A stretch of DNA of 64,000 nucleotides from Candidatus Poribacteria bacterium. Its GTDB lineage: Bacteria; Poribacteria; WGA-4E; PCPOR2b. Shown here piece after piece: positions 18,576 to 29,543 of this stretch. Location: assembly GCA_965116925.1 (NCBI GenBank), contig OZ220744.1:4704001-4768000 (forward strand), in the 5' to 3' direction. Position numbers and translations under genes: made by a program. Each line of letters opens with the position of its first letter. Within the stretch, counting starts at the first letter, position 1. The notes under the pieces were generated by a model that did not search any database, was not told the DNA's origin, and worked only from the letters and a program-made list of their open reading frames with translations.

Positions 18576-19205
18576 TTAGGTGCGTTCCAACGCGATTTTG
18601 CATATCGTCTTCTCTGCGTCATCGCCGTACCAGAGATTGGCACCATCCCACGTCAAGCCGTGCGGTTCGCCGGGGCATTCAAAAGAATCCAAAACCGCCC
18701 CGGAATTCGGGTCAATTTGGGAGACCACATGCGTGTCGGTGTCCGCACTCCACAACGTCGTTCCATCCCAAGCAATCCCGTGCGGGCGCGTGCCGGGTGA
18801 GGGAAATTCTGCCAATATTTCCCCCGTTTCAGGAGAGACCTTATAGTGCCGGTCTGACTGCACATCGGCGCTCCACAGCGATTCGCCATCCCAAGCGAGC
18901 CCATGCGGACTCGGTCCCGGCGGTGGAAATGAGGTGACAACCTCCAAATCCGACACTCTTAATTTGTACAGGATTTTTTCCCCGATGTCGGAATACCAGA
19001 AATGGCTACCGTCACATTCAAGTCCGCTGGAACCCGCTGTGGGCGGGTTTACGGTAACGATAACCTCACCGGTTTGCGGATTAATTTTGTGTAACGTCCC
19101 ACCACCCTCGACACTCCAGATGGCGTCATCTTGCCAAGCAAGCCCGTTGGTGCCTGGTCCCGGACAATCAAAACTGGTTGCGATTGATGCTTTTAACATT
19201 GTCAA
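18576..19205 (-). CDS. Five-repeat beta-propeller protein (glutaminyl-cyclase-like fold)
   Basis: Five ~41-aa repeats of PG..PHGLAWDG..LW. Confidence 0.7.
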   Translation of the reverse strand: MTMLKASIATSFDCPGPGTNGLAWQDDAIWSVEGGGTLHKINPQTGEVIVTVNPPTAGSSGLECDGSHFWYSDIGEKILYKLRVSDLEVVTSFPPPGPSPHGLAWDGESLWSADVQSDRHYKVSPETGEILAEFPSPGTRPHGIAWDGTTLWSADTDTHVVSQIDPNSGAVLDSFECPGEPHGLTWDGANLWYGDDAEKTICKIALERT

Positions 19206-19263
19206 TCTCCTTCCTATGGTTGAGACAACTATATTTTATCTTCAATTCCAATTTAGCTATCAA

Positions 19264-20481
19264 CTACGGTCTGACCACCGATCCATCTGCTTTTCGATCT
19301 TCGGCGGCATAATTGGGCACCTTCGCTCGTTCAGCGTCCAGAAGTTGTGCCGCCTTCGCTTCGTCAATGTCAATCCCCAGTCCCGGTTGATCATTGGCAT
19401 AGAGGTATCCGCCCTCAAGGATTGCGTGACCGGGGAAGATGTCAAGTTCCTCTTGACTGAAGTGATTTTCCTCCTGAATACCGAAACTCCAACTTGCTAG
19501 ATCCAAGTGCATTGCTGCCGCCTGATTAACGGGATCATTGTCTCCGCCCTCCTGCCACGCCGTATTAACACCGAACCATTCACAGAGGGTAGCAATCTTC
19601 CTGCACGGAGTAATACCGCCGCCCTTCGACACCCGGACTCGGACGAAATCGATAAGTCGTTCAGTGATGAGTGGCGTCCATTCGTGAGGATTAATGAATA
19701 ACTCACCCATCGCCTGCGGGGTGGTGCACTGCTGCCGAATCAGGCGAAACCAATCAATCTGTTCAGGCGACAGGACATCCTCAAGGAAAAAGAGGCGGTA
19801 CGGCTCTAGGAGCTTCGACAACGTTACCGCACACTGCGGACGGAGGTGCTCGTGCACGTCGTGCGTGAGCTTTGGTCCGAAACCTAACTTCGATCGCAGA
19901 TATTCAAACATCTTCGGGATGCTCTCAATATATGCTTCATCATCGAAGGCAGGGGCATTAGACCAAGGGTTCTTCGGCTGCCCCGCTTTATCAGCGTCAA
20001 TGAATCCGCCACCACCGTACCCGCCAAGCTGGCATCGAATGACCGAATACCCTTCCTCCATATAGCGCCGTATATCGTCCTCAAGCTCGACAAAATCGCC
20101 GCCGCCAGCATGGGCATAGCACGGCACGGCAGAACGACACGGACCGCCGAGAAGTTGGTAGACCGGCATCCCAGCCTCTTTCCCCTTGATGTCCCAGAGT
20201 GCCATGTCGATGCCGCCCAATACGGTGTTTGAAATTGCCCCATTCCGCCAGTAACCACTCGTGAGGGTCGACTGCCAAATATCTTCAATATGCCCAACCT
20301 CCCGACCAATCAGGCGAGGCGCAATACACTCCTCCACCGCCGTGACGACTGTTTGTGCATGGTAGTGGTCGCTGGCAGAGCCGATACCGTAGAGTCCCGG
20401 TTGGTCGGTAGTAACCTTCACAATAACCCAAGTCCCATTTACCCGTGTACGAATACATCGAATCTCTTTGATTTTTGCCAT
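19264..20481 (-). CDS. Enolase superfamily dehydratase (RspA/D-mannonate dehydratase-like)
   Basis: YWRNG, GIDMALWDIKGKEAGMPVYQLLGG, HDVHE, FFLED, MGELF, GFGIQE-like SFGIQE. Confidence 0.88.
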   Translation of the reverse strand: MAKIKEIRCIRTRVNGTWVIVKVTTDQPGLYGIGSASDHYHAQTVVTAVEECIAPRLIGREVGHIEDIWQSTLTSGYWRNGAISNTVLGGIDMALWDIKGKEAGMPVYQLLGGPCRSAVPCYAHAGGGDFVELEDDIRRYMEEGYSVIRCQLGGYGGGGFIDADKAGQPKNPWSNAPAFDDEAYIESIPKMFEYLRSKLGFGPKLTHDVHEHLRPQCAVTLSKLLEPYRLFFLEDVLSPEQIDWFRLIRQQCTTPQAMGELFINPHEWTPLITERLIDFVRVRVSKGGGITPCRKIATLCEWFGVNTAWQEGGDNDPVNQAAAMHLDLASWSFGIQEENHFSQEELDIFPGHAILEGGYLYANDQPGLGIDIDEAKAAQLLDAERAKVPNYAAEDRKADGSVVRP

Positions 20482-20856
20482 AGAAAATTTCCCTTTTTGG
20501 TTGTATCCATCGTCCTTTTCAGAAATAGTTCATGATACCTTACAGTTACATGCTGCTTATCGACGAACAAAGCTATAAATTCAACTGTTACAATTTCTTC
20601 TAACATACCCCACTTGGAGTCCGTTGTCAACAAGAAATTGTGCTTATGCTTATAAAGCTGTCCCACATTTTTTTCTTGATTATTTTCTCAAAATCGCCTA
20701 TCATTTCCTTGTTTTCACCCCTATTTTCATGAGGGTGAGTTTGGGCAGAAAATACCTAGAATGGTTGCGCTATAGGTTTTAGTCAATTGAGCCAAGAATG
20801 TTATGCGACATGCTAGGTATCTTCCAACAATCAAAAGTGAAAGGAGACACAAGCAC

Positions 20857-21288
20857 ATGATCTTGACATTTCTAGATAAACATCGAGACATCGGTTTATT
20901 AATCCTTCGGATCGGACTTGGGTGTATGTTCCTCTTTCATGGGCTTCCGAAACTGTTTGGTGGTCCCGAGAGGTGGGAAGGGCTCGGCGGAGCAATGGCG
21001 CGTCTCGGCATTACGTTCCTACCGGCGTTTTGGGGCTTCATGGCTGCGATTTCAGAGTCTTTGGGAGGTATCTGTCTCATCTTCGGTCTCTTCGTTAGAC
21101 CCGCTTGTATCCTTTTGACAATCACGATGTTAATGGCTACCATTTTTCATCTAGGTCGCGGTGATGGCTTGAAAGGTGCTGCACACGCAATCGAAGTCGG
21201 TATCGTTTTCCTAAGCTTGATTCTGATTGGACCCGGTAAATATAGTCTTGATGAAAAACTAAGCTCTGATCCCGGCGACGACGCATAA
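20857..21288 (+). CDS. DoxX family membrane protein
   Basis: GLLILRIGLG.MF..HGLPKL, E..GG, GPGKYSLD; AAGGAG upstream of ATG 20857. Confidence 0.9.
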   Translation: MILTFLDKHRDIGLLILRIGLGCMFLFHGLPKLFGGPERWEGLGGAMARLGITFLPAFWGFMAAISESLGGICLIFGLFVRPACILLTITMLMATIFHLGRGDGLKGAAHAIEVGIVFLSLILIGPGKYSLDEKLSSDPGDDA

Positions 21289-21315
21289 TACTGTTTGACA
21301 CACAGGGAAAATTAG

Positions 21316-22182
21316 ATGGCAGAAAGAGATTACTATGAAGTCCTTGGGGTGGGGCGGAGTGCGTCTCCAGAAGAGATTAAGCGTGCCTACCGCAAGGTCG
21401 CGCTGCAGCATCATCCCGATAAAAACCCGGGAGATAAGACAGCGGAAGAGAAATTTAAAGAAGCCTCAAATGCTTACGATGTGCTATCGGATCCAGAGAA
21501 ACGGAAGATCTACGATATACGCGGGCACGCAGGAGTCCATAACGCTGGATTTCAAGGGTACACGAACTTTGAGGACATTTTCACCAATTTTGGAGATATC
21601 TTTGGGCGTGAGGTTTTTGGGAATTTCGGCGATGTATTCGGCGATGTATTCAGTAGGGAAAACCCTACCGGTTTCGGCCCACAACGCCGCGGTAATCTGC
21701 GAACAAAATTGACAATTCCATTTGAGGAATCTATACTGGGTGCCGAAAAGCGGATTCAGGTGAATGACCGAACCCTTACTATTAAGATTCCTGCGGGGAT
21801 AAAAAACGGTCAATCATTGCGCCTCACCGGTCAAGGAGACCTGACTGCAAGCGGACAGCGTGGCTCGCTGATTGTAAAAATCGCCGTTCAACCGCACCCG
21901 AATTTTAAGCGGGAGAATCTAGATCTCGTAACCCAAGTCACGGTGCCTTTCACACGTGCAGCCTTGGGCGGTAAAGTGCGTGTGCCAACCCTGAAGGGAG
22001 ATATTGATCTGAAGATTCCTGCGGGGACGCAGCCGGACCAACAGCTGAGAGTCCGCGGGGCTGGTGTTGTCGATTCGTCAAAGCGCAAAGGCGATCTACG
22101 CGTCCTGATCAAAATCGAAATCCCACGTTCATTGACAAGAAAACAGAAGGAATTATTAAAAGAACTAGACAAAAACTTATAA
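21316..22182 (+). CDS. DnaJ-class co-chaperone lacking zinc finger (CbpA-like)
   Basis: [11 protein letters not shown] motif, G/F region, C-terminal domain; no CxxCxGxG repeats. Confidence 0.9.
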   Translation: MAERDYYEVLGVGRSASPEEIKRAYRKVALQHHPDKNPGDKTAEEKFKEASNAYDVLSDPEKRKIYDIRGHAGVHNAGFQGYTNFEDIFTNFGDIFGREVFGNFGDVFGDVFSRENPTGFGPQRRGNLRTKLTIPFEESILGAEKRIQVNDRTLTIKIPAGIKNGQSLRLTGQGDLTASGQRGSLIVKIAVQPHPNFKRENLDLVTQVTVPFTRAALGGKVRVPTLKGDIDLKIPAGTQPDQQLRVRGAGVVDSSKRKGDLRVLIKIEIPRSLTRKQKELLKELDKNL

Positions 22183-22263
22183 TTCAGTGATAGGTGAGCG
22201 GCAGGGCGGTGGAATGTTTGCCTGCGCCTCACCTATTACACATCACAACAAATAGGCAGCTAA

Positions 22264-22728
22264 ATGAACCCAGAGAAAACCTTAGTTTTGATTAAACCGG
22301 ATGGCGTTCAACGCGGACTCATCGGCGAAATCATCGCTCGCTTTGAGCGCAAGGGACTTAAACTCGTAGGACTTAAATTACTCCAACTCCCAAAAGATCG
22401 AGCGAATCAACTCTACGCGCCACATCAGGGAAAGTTTTTTTACGATTACCTCATCCAATTTATGACTTCGACACCGATCGTAGCGATCGCCCTTGAAGGG
22501 CGAGATGCCATTGACCTAGTGCGTCTAGTAAATGGGGCAACAAGGCCCAACGAATCCCAACCCGGCAGTATTCGTGGTGATTTCTCGATCGATATCACTC
22601 ACAACGTTGTCCACGCCTCAGATTCGCCTGAGAACGCGGAACGCGAGTTAAACATTCTATTTGATCCAAGCGAACTTGTCGATTATCCACGAATTGATGA
22701 CGCGATTCTTTATAGCCCGGATCTGTAG
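22264..22728 (+). CDS. ndk: Nucleoside-diphosphate kinase
   Basis: IKPDGVQRGLIGEII, PGSIRGDF, NVVHASDS. Confidence 0.97.
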   Translation: MNPEKTLVLIKPDGVQRGLIGEIIARFERKGLKLVGLKLLQLPKDRANQLYAPHQGKFFYDYLIQFMTSTPIVAIALEGRDAIDLVRLVNGATRPNESQPGSIRGDFSIDITHNVVHASDSPENAERELNILFDPSELVDYPRIDDAILYSPDL

Positions 22729-22785
22729 TCCACTGTACAACAAGTTGCGTCAGGTGTAACGAAGCAGCATCGCAGAGGAAAAATC

Positions 22786-23805
22786 GTGGCTCAAAACAAC
22801 GACCTACTTTTTAGTACCGACGATTGGGTTGAAATCTGCCGCACGACAGACGAGTGGGAATCAAACCTGATTCAGACAATGCTCGGCAATAAACAGATTC
22901 GTTGCCGCCCTGAATACATACGGAACCCTGATAGGCAACGTCAGATTATCCTTTTCGTTGACCCCGAGGACCTAGTCGATGCCTTAGAAGTCGTTAGTCA
23001 AACCGGTCTAGCAATAACGAATGAGGAATATGAAAATCAGCATGTGGATGGTGAAAGCGACCCCGATTTGGAACGCGATGCAAGGACTTCAGAAAGCGAT
23101 CTTCCACAACCAACGCCGACAGCGGGAACCGCAACCATAATTGCGGAGCGCGAGGGGATCGGCAAAATCGCCCATCACGCCGGACAAGGATATGAGCTGC
23201 AAGTTGGACCAACACCGTATTATATGGTCGAAGAAGATCGATGGGAAGAGTTTACCGATTTTAGTGCCCAACGCCAAGAGTTCTCAATTCTCATCAGGCA
23301 CGAGTATCCCAACCTGTCCCAATGGCTTAGACGAGAGAAGCTATTCGCAGAATTCACCCATTTAGTGGAAGCCACCTATCGTGGTGATGTGCCGCCAGCC
23401 CGCACGGACAACCGACAACAAACCGAATCCGCACCTGACAATGCCGGTGCAGCTGAAGCCCAAATCAACCGCCTTGCCAAGTTCGGTCTGTGGGTATCGT
23501 TGGTTGCCCTGCTAGGCGTGATTGTCCAACTACCGTGGTATGCCAGTCTGATTCTCGCCTTACTCGCTGTCGTCACCGGCTGCATCGCAAAATATCAGAT
23601 TGATCGCAGCAATGGAGCACTCAAAGGAAATCTAATCGCTTTCCTAGCAATTATTATCGCTTGCATTGTGATTGCTATAGCTTGGACACAACGCCAGCCG
23701 AGTCTACCAGAATCATCGGATTTGCAATCCGCCTTCCAACCCCATCAAGCAGACACCCGTTACAACACACAACTGGGGAGCAAAATATGGCTGCTTGTGT
23801 CATAG
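22786..23805 (+). CDS. Hypothetical membrane protein (DUF2007-like N-terminus, C-terminal TM helices)
   Basis: Long ORF; three hydrophobic segments near the C-terminus. Confidence 0.65.
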   Translation: MAQNNDLLFSTDDWVEICRTTDEWESNLIQTMLGNKQIRCRPEYIRNPDRQRQIILFVDPEDLVDALEVVSQTGLAITNEEYENQHVDGESDPDLERDARTSESDLPQPTPTAGTATIIAEREGIGKIAHHAGQGYELQVGPTPYYMVEEDRWEEFTDFSAQRQEFSILIRHEYPNLSQWLRREKLFAEFTHLVEATYRGDVPPARTDNRQQTESAPDNAGAAEAQINRLAKFGLWVSLVALLGVIVQLPWYASLILALLAVVTGCIAKYQIDRSNGALKGNLIAFLAIIIACIVIAIAWTQRQPSLPESSDLQSAFQPHQADTRYNTQLGSKIWLLVS

Positions 23806-24473
23806 TTTTCGTGAAAAATCCTGTTCCCGGTCAAGTTAAAACCCGTCTCACACCTTATCTTTCGCCAGAGCAGGCTGCGTCCCTGTATCAGGCGTTCCTC
23901 GTCGATTGGTGTAGTGCCCTTTCCACAATCTCTACAACTCACCGTGTAATTGCCTATACACCGCCCGAAGGCTTGAACGCCTTGCAAACTCTAATCGGTG
24001 AAGATCCGGTTTATATCCCTCAAGTGGGCGCATCGCTTGGGGAACGCTTAATTGCTGCTGCGCGGTGGGCGTGCGATCAGGATTATGCGAAATTCCTATT
24101 CGTAGGATCGGATAGCCCAACGTTACCGATTCAGTATGTCGAACGCGCGCTTGATTTACTAGAATCGCGCGATATCGTTATCGGTCCCAGTGTGGACGGT
24201 GGCTACTACCTGATCGGCTTTTCAAAGCACGGGGCATCGTTGTCAATCCCCACTATCTTTGAAGAAATCGCATGGAGCACCGAGGTCGTCTTCCGTCAAA
24301 CCCTTAAGAAACTTCAGGAGATTAACGTACAGTTGGGCTTGCTGCTGCCATGGTACGATGTAGATACCCCCACAGGATTGCAGCTATTACGGGATCATCT
24401 GTTTGGGATGGACCTCGCGGGGGAAAATAACCCCGCACCTCAAACATATAGCAAACTGAGAGAGTGGTTCTAA
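23787..24473 (+). CDS. TIGR04282/DUF2064 family nucleotidyl/glycosyltransferase-like protein
   Basis: FVKNPVPGQVKTRL, Q.GASLGERL, GSDSP, GPSVDGGYYLIG, WYDVD; GGGGAG RBS. Confidence 0.88.
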   Translation: MAACVIVFVKNPVPGQVKTRLTPYLSPEQAASLYQAFLVDWCSALSTISTTHRVIAYTPPEGLNALQTLIGEDPVYIPQVGASLGERLIAAARWACDQDYAKFLFVGSDSPTLPIQYVERALDLLESRDIVIGPSVDGGYYLIGFSKHGASLSIPTIFEEIAWSTEVVFRQTLKKLQEINVQLGLLLPWYDVDTPTGLQLLRDHLFGMDLAGENNPAPQTYSKLREWF

Positions 24474-24722
24474 ATCGCCAAAACAAGAAAGGTTTGATGG
24501 TAACTTTATGCCCTAACTATCGTTCTACATACTACGATTAGCATTTTGGTGGTGTGGACTGTAGCGATTAGAATTGGTCCCTGTCTGTAGACTTAATTTA
24601 TGTCAAGCGTATCTTGCGTTGCGAGGTTTACTGCACCATTTTTCGGCTTGACGAAGGTTGAGAGATCGGGTATTATTTCATCCTGCTGACAATAGATTAT
24701 ATAAAAAAATAAAGGATTTTTT

Positions 24723-25166
24723 ATGGGACTCAAAGAACAGTTAAATGAAGATATGAAGCAGGCGATGAGGGCGAAAGACAAAAATCGTCTGTCTGCGATT
24801 CGCATGGTGCGTGGTGCCGTCCGGGATAAGGAAATCAATAGTCAGGTTGAGTTGGATGATGACGGCGTTTTAGAGGTAATCGCCAGCCAGATTAAGAAAC
24901 GGAAGGACGCGCTGGAACAGTTGCGTAAATCCAATCGCGACGACCTCGTTGATGTTGAGACAGAACAGATTAATATATTGCAAGACTTCCTCCCTGCCCA
25001 ACTTTCGATGGAAGAAATCGAAGCCGCCGTTACAGGCGCGATTGAGGAGCTAGGGGCGACATCAATGCGAGATATGGGCAAAGTTATGGGTAAACTTGTT
25101 CCGCAGTTGAGAGGCAAAGCAGACAACTCGGTTATCAGCCAAATCGCCAGACAGAAACTAGGTTAG
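24723..25166 (+). CDS. GatB/YqeY domain protein
   Basis: DMKQAMRAKDK.RLSAIRM, FLPAQLS, DMGKVMG. Confidence 0.93.
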   Translation: MGLKEQLNEDMKQAMRAKDKNRLSAIRMVRGAVRDKEINSQVELDDDGVLEVIASQIKKRKDALEQLRKSNRDDLVDVETEQINILQDFLPAQLSMEEIEAAVTGAIEELGATSMRDMGKVMGKLVPQLRGKADNSVISQIARQKLG

Positions 25167-25170
25167 CGCG

Positions 25171-26598
25171 ATGAACGACCAAACCACTATCCTCGTTGTT
25201 GATCCGGACCAACGACAGCGCGAAACAACTTGTCTCACGCTTGAGCGCGAAAGGTTGCATGTGCTTGCAACCCGCACGATGTACGAGGCGTTAGACCGCA
25301 TCGAACGCTTAGATATTGATGTGTTGATCGCCCCACTCATAGGGGAGCGCATTGACGGACTCAAGCTCCTTGAAGCTGCCTACGATCGGAACCCCGACGT
25401 CGGCGTGATCTTTGCCACAGCACCAAACGTCCTGGAAACCGATGTTGGTATCAAAGCGACGATCCACATGGGAGCAAGCTATTTTCTTCCAAAACCCCTC
25501 AACCCAGCCCAACTGATAGCCCTCCTCCACAAGATATTTGAGAATCAGCGGCTCACCGTAGAAAATCGGCAACTACAGTCCCAGATCGATGAGCGGGTCG
25601 GACTCATCCAATTAACAGGGCATTCACCGAGAATCCAAGAGATCCGGGATCTCATTGCACAAGTTGCCCCAACAAAAGCAACCGTCATGATCCGTGGGGA
25701 ACGCGGCACTGGAAAAGAACTAGTTGCCCGTGCTATGCACCACCGAAGTTTACGGCGGGGCCCCCTCGTTATATTCAACTGTGCAGCCTTGAACGAAGGC
25801 CTTGCAGAATCCGAGCTTTTTGGACACGAACGCGGGGCGTTTACAGGCGCGTATCAGACGCGGAAAGGGCGATTTGAAGCGGCACACGGAGGAACGCTAT
25901 TTCTCGATGAAGTGGGACAATTAAGTTTATCAAACCAAGCAAGGCTCTTGCGAGTGCTTGCTGAGAGGGAGTTTCAGCGCGTCGGTGGGAATGAATTAAT
26001 AGAAATCGATGTTCGTGTCATCTGTGCGACGAACCGTAATCTTGAAAAGGCGGTGGAACAGGAAAGGTTTCTACCGGATCTTTACGATCGTTTGAACGTA
26101 ATCCGAATCGCTCTACCACCGCTCCGTGAGCGAAGCGAGGATATCCCCCTCCTAGTCAAAGCCTTCACAGAAGAATTTTGCCGGGAAAACCGGATGATGA
26201 CCAAGGGTATGACTCCCCGCGCGATGCGAGTGTTGATGACATATGATTGGCAGGGAAATGTGCGAGAGCTGAGAAACTGTATTGAGGGTATGGTTATTAT
26301 GTCGAACCAGCCAGATCTCGACATTGATGATATTCCGGAGCATATTCTCAAATCCGCCGGAGTCAGCTCTCCCGTTATCCTCTCCGCTCCCACCGTTATA
26401 GATACTAGCGCGGCAACCTTGCCTTCATCGGGATTGGACGTTGAAGTCGGGATGTCAATGGCAGAAATTGAGAAGGAAGTTATTCAATCGACACTCCAAT
26501 ATGCTGGCAATAACAGAGCAAAAGCTGCAAAAATCTTAGGGATCTCAAAACGAACAATCTTCAGGAAAATCAAGGAACATAATTTGTGCGACGAATAA
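25171..26598 (+). CDS. Sigma-54-dependent Fis-family activator with atypical receiver domain
   Basis: GERGTGKE, ESELFGHERGAFTGA, LFLDEV, WQGNVREL, C-terminal HTH. Confidence 0.92.
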   Translation: MNDQTTILVVDPDQRQRETTCLTLERERLHVLATRTMYEALDRIERLDIDVLIAPLIGERIDGLKLLEAAYDRNPDVGVIFATAPNVLETDVGIKATIHMGASYFLPKPLNPAQLIALLHKIFENQRLTVENRQLQSQIDERVGLIQLTGHSPRIQEIRDLIAQVAPTKATVMIRGERGTGKELVARAMHHRSLRRGPLVIFNCAALNEGLAESELFGHERGAFTGAYQTRKGRFEAAHGGTLFLDEVGQLSLSNQARLLRVLAEREFQRVGGNELIEIDVRVICATNRNLEKAVEQERFLPDLYDRLNVIRIALPPLRERSEDIPLLVKAFTEEFCRENRMMTKGMTPRAMRVLMTYDWQGNVRELRNCIEGMVIMSNQPDLDIDDIPEHILKSAGVSSPVILSAPTVIDTSAATLPSSGLDVEVGMSMAEIEKEVIQSTLQYAGNNRAKAAKILGISKRTIFRKIKEHNLCDE

Positions 26599-27374
26599 TT
26601 AATTCAACCTCTGTTTCAATTTGCGTCCAATTTGCACTGGGAACTCATCTCTTTGCAGCGAGTAACGATCTCAATAGCAATAGTGGAAATCCGGGCATTT
26701 TTGGCGCGATTCTTGGCGTTGTGGTCCCGGCACTGCTCGTCATTGCCCTCGGAGGGTGTATCTATGTCTGGTTGCGCCGGAACAAACCCTCGCTGACTAC
26801 CTTATTTCCACGGCGACGAACATTAAAAACCTGGGATATATCACCACCGACATATACATCAGCTTCGCCATCTTCGATTTCTCCCCGTGGCACTGTTCGC
26901 CCTGACAGTCCTGATCTATTGACAGAACCGGATAGACAATTAGAACGCGATGAGTATGCCCTTGAGTCTATTGCACTTGTGGACCTAGAGAGGGTGCTAC
27001 CCTTGCGCGAATCAAACCGCATCCAAGAATACTACGAAGCAATTGCGATAATTATCAAGCAGTATGTGGGAGAAAAGTATCAAATTAAGAGCCTCGATAC
27101 TACTACAGGACAAATCCTATCCGCACTCCCCAACGGCTTGACCGATAGCGTTACAGATCATGTTGGTGAGATACTCCTATCATGTGACATGGTTCAATTT
27201 TCTAGGCATCGCCCCTCCCGTTCAGAATTGGACCGTATCTATCAGACAGCACGGGAGTTTCTTGAAAGCCAAATTGTTGGGGTATCCATTGAAGCAGATG
27301 AATTTAAAGTGGAAGAAGCAGCCGAGGAAGATAGTGAGATCTATAAACATTATAGGAGGCAGCTTCAAGACTGA
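26586..27374 (+). CDS. Membrane-anchored protein of the MoxR-associated (BatD/DUF4381-like) type
   Basis: One TM helix, then EYY..IA.IIKQY....YQI....TT.Q....CDMVQF pattern; directly upstream of MoxR; start uncertain. Confidence 0.55.
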   Translation: MRRIINSTSVSICVQFALGTHLFAASNDLNSNSGNPGIFGAILGVVVPALLVIALGGCIYVWLRRNKPSLTTLFPRRRTLKTWDISPPTYTSASPSSISPRGTVRPDSPDLLTEPDRQLERDEYALESIALVDLERVLPLRESNRIQEYYEAIAIIIKQYVGEKYQIKSLDTTTGQILSALPNGLTDSVTDHVGEILLSCDMVQFSRHRPSRSELDRIYQTAREFLESQIVGVSIEADEFKVEEAAEEDSEIYKHYRRQLQD

Positions 27375-27406
27375 ATCTCGGCGTTCGCCCAAATCAAGGA
27401 GCAAGG

Positions 27407-28399
27407 ATGAGAGAATCTGACCTGACAGGGTTGAACGAAAAGATTCAGGAGGCGAGCGCCTTCGTTGAAGAGATTTTTGAAGAAATACGGAAGGTTATCA
27501 TTGGACAGAAGTATATGATCGAGCGGATGATTATCGGATTACTCTGCAACGGTCATATCCTGTTAGAGGGTGTTCCCGGTCTCGCCAAGACAACCGCTGT
27601 CCAAGCACTTTCCAGCACAATTGCCGTCTCTTTCAAACGCTTGCAATTTACCCCTGACCTTCTGCCCGCCGATCTGATCGGCACCCAAATCTATAACCAA
27701 CGTTCAGGCGATTTTTATGTCAAAAAGGGTCCCATCTTCGCTAACCTTGTTCTCGCCGATGAGATTAACCGTGCCCCCGCCAAAGTGCAAAGCGCACTCC
27801 TCGAAGCGATGCAAGAACGTCAGGTCACAATCGGTGATGAGACCTACCCGCTCGACCCGCCATTCCTTGTCCTAGCAACCCAGAACCCAATCGAGCAAGA
27901 GGGAACTTACCCCCTGCCAGAAGCGCAGGTAGACCGGTTCATGCTCAAATTGCAGGTGACCTATCCCTCGCGGGCAGAAGAGCTTTCCATCTTACGACAT
28001 ATCACACGCGAAGAACCTCAACCGATTCAACAGGTTATATCTCCTCAAGAAATTATCCAACTCCGCACAACAGTCCGTGAAATCTACATGGACGAGAAGA
28101 TCGAAAACTATATTGTTGACCTCGTCTGCGCTACCCGTGAGCCAGCAAGGTATCAACTGGATCAACTGACAGATCTCATCGAATACGGCGCATCGCCACG
28201 GGCGACGATCTTCCTCGCAACGGCTGCCAAAGCGCACGCCTTTCTCCGTCATCGCGGGTATGTAACGCCAGAAGATGTCTACGCAGTGGGCATGGATGTC
28301 CTCAGACACCGCGTCATCGTCAGCTACGAAGCGGAGGCGGAAGAGATTTCTTCCGAACAGATTATCAAACAGGTTTTTGAAGGGGTCGAAGTGCCTTAG
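27407..28399 (+). CDS. moxR: MoxR family AAA+ ATPase
   Basis: GHILLEGVPGLAKT, RLQFTPDLLPAD, ADEINRAPAKVQSALLEAM, ATQNPIEQEGTYPLPEAQVDRF. Confidence 0.95.
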   Translation: MRESDLTGLNEKIQEASAFVEEIFEEIRKVIIGQKYMIERMIIGLLCNGHILLEGVPGLAKTTAVQALSSTIAVSFKRLQFTPDLLPADLIGTQIYNQRSGDFYVKKGPIFANLVLADEINRAPAKVQSALLEAMQERQVTIGDETYPLDPPFLVLATQNPIEQEGTYPLPEAQVDRFMLKLQVTYPSRAEELSILRHITREEPQPIQQVISPQEIIQLRTTVREIYMDEKIENYIVDLVCATREPARYQLDQLTDLIEYGASPRATIFLATAAKAHAFLRHRGYVTPEDVYAVGMDVLRHRVIVSYEAEAEEISSEQIIKQVFEGVEVP

Positions 28400-28488
28400 A
28401 AAAGGGTCTAGTATTCTGTGCAATAAATGGGATTAAACTGATATAGATTCGTTCTTCTCCGTGCTCTCTGCGCCTCTGCGGTTGTCTT

Positions 28489-28590
28489 TATAGTAGATTT
28501 TAGAATTAATGGGACACGCCAAACCGGTGCGGTTACAAACCGCACCTACCGGGGGGCGCAAGTGTTTCTTTATTTTTTGAATTCACTATA
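28489..28590. mobile_element. Family B MITE-like element with internal palindrome
   Basis: TATAGTAGATTTTAGAATTAAT...GGTGCGGTT-loop-AACCGCACC...TTTTTGAATTCACTATA. Confidence 0.6.
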
Positions 28591-28642
28591 ATGTCGATAA
28601 TCCACCTCCTAAGTTAGCAAGCCAATCAATGCAAGCAAAAAC

Positions 28643-29431
28643 TTAATTTCTGTTCTCCTCATCCAAAAGTTCCTCCAACTCCGCTAGAAAATCCACCGCA
28701 TCGTCCTCATCTTCGTCGTTCTCTCCTCGTTCCTCCAACTCCTCTTCCACTGATTCCAGATCTGACCGAAACTCAATCAGGTTACTCAAATAACGTTCAC
28801 GGGTAACGTTTTCCGCATCGCCATAGTTCTCGCGCAAACACTCACCACAGAATTTCCCGATGCGTTGAATTCCTAAATTGACCTGATCCAATGCACCTTG
28901 ATGGTCATCTTCCATAAGGCAAAGTTCAGCGTGCGCCATGCTGTTCATCATAAGCATATAGCCTTTATACTGGTAACTTTCCCACGCAATCTCAGAAGGG
29001 GCAAATTTCTTCGCCATATTCGTAGTAGCAAGATTTGTGTCGGTGTCTCGCTTGACATCTGCCCACCGCTTAATGCCCGCAAACAGCAGATAACGGGTAT
29101 ACCTGTCGTAAGACTCTCGGAATAAGACACGCCAATCCTCCGGCGTTAAGCCAAACCCCTCATCGCTACCGTGCTGCTGCTTATAATCCTCAAGTTGTTC
29201 GCAGAAGTACTCATAGTAGGACTCTCGCCCATGGGGTCTTTTGCCATCGGGACGCCCGGACGTATAGATACGCGAAATTGTGAACGCATTCGATTGCACT
29301 ACAACAACCTCTTTGCCTTCCGCCAACTTCAAGACCTTTATCGGGTGAGTAACATCAAACGATAAACTATCTAAAATTTCATCCAGTGCACGTACCAGAC
29401 GCGTGTTTCTTTCAACCTGATTCGTTGCCAT
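28643..29431 (-). CDS. Hypothetical protein resembling PVC-group GRPDGxRPHG proteins (often UvrB/C-motif containing)
   Basis: GRPDGKRPHG, RDTDTNL, YMLMMN; acidic tail; no clear UVR motif. Confidence 0.6.
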   Translation of the reverse strand: MATNQVERNTRLVRALDEILDSLSFDVTHPIKVLKLAEGKEVVVVQSNAFTISRIYTSGRPDGKRPHGRESYYEYFCEQLEDYKQQHGSDEGFGLTPEDWRVLFRESYDRYTRYLLFAGIKRWADVKRDTDTNLATTNMAKKFAPSEIAWESYQYKGYMLMMNSMAHAELCLMEDDHQGALDQVNLGIQRIGKFCGECLRENYGDAENVTRERYLSNLIEFRSDLESVEEELEERGENDEDEDDAVDFLAELEELLDEENRN

Positions 29432-29543
29432 TTTTATCTCCTTCCCATCAGTATGTAGTATGCCATGTTATATTGCTAAGGTTAAGGGCACCCTGTAAAA
29501 TTTCCCAAGAATTATCTCCTTCTATTTCTTCATGCCTCACGTC

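Noticed and set aside
1445..24473. Selenoneine (senABC) pathway built from the FGE-domain gene and the glycosyltransferase-like gene
   Set aside because: The genes are 21 kb apart, the FGE protein lacks the DinB-like EgtB domain, the transferase is DUF2064-type, and there is no selD
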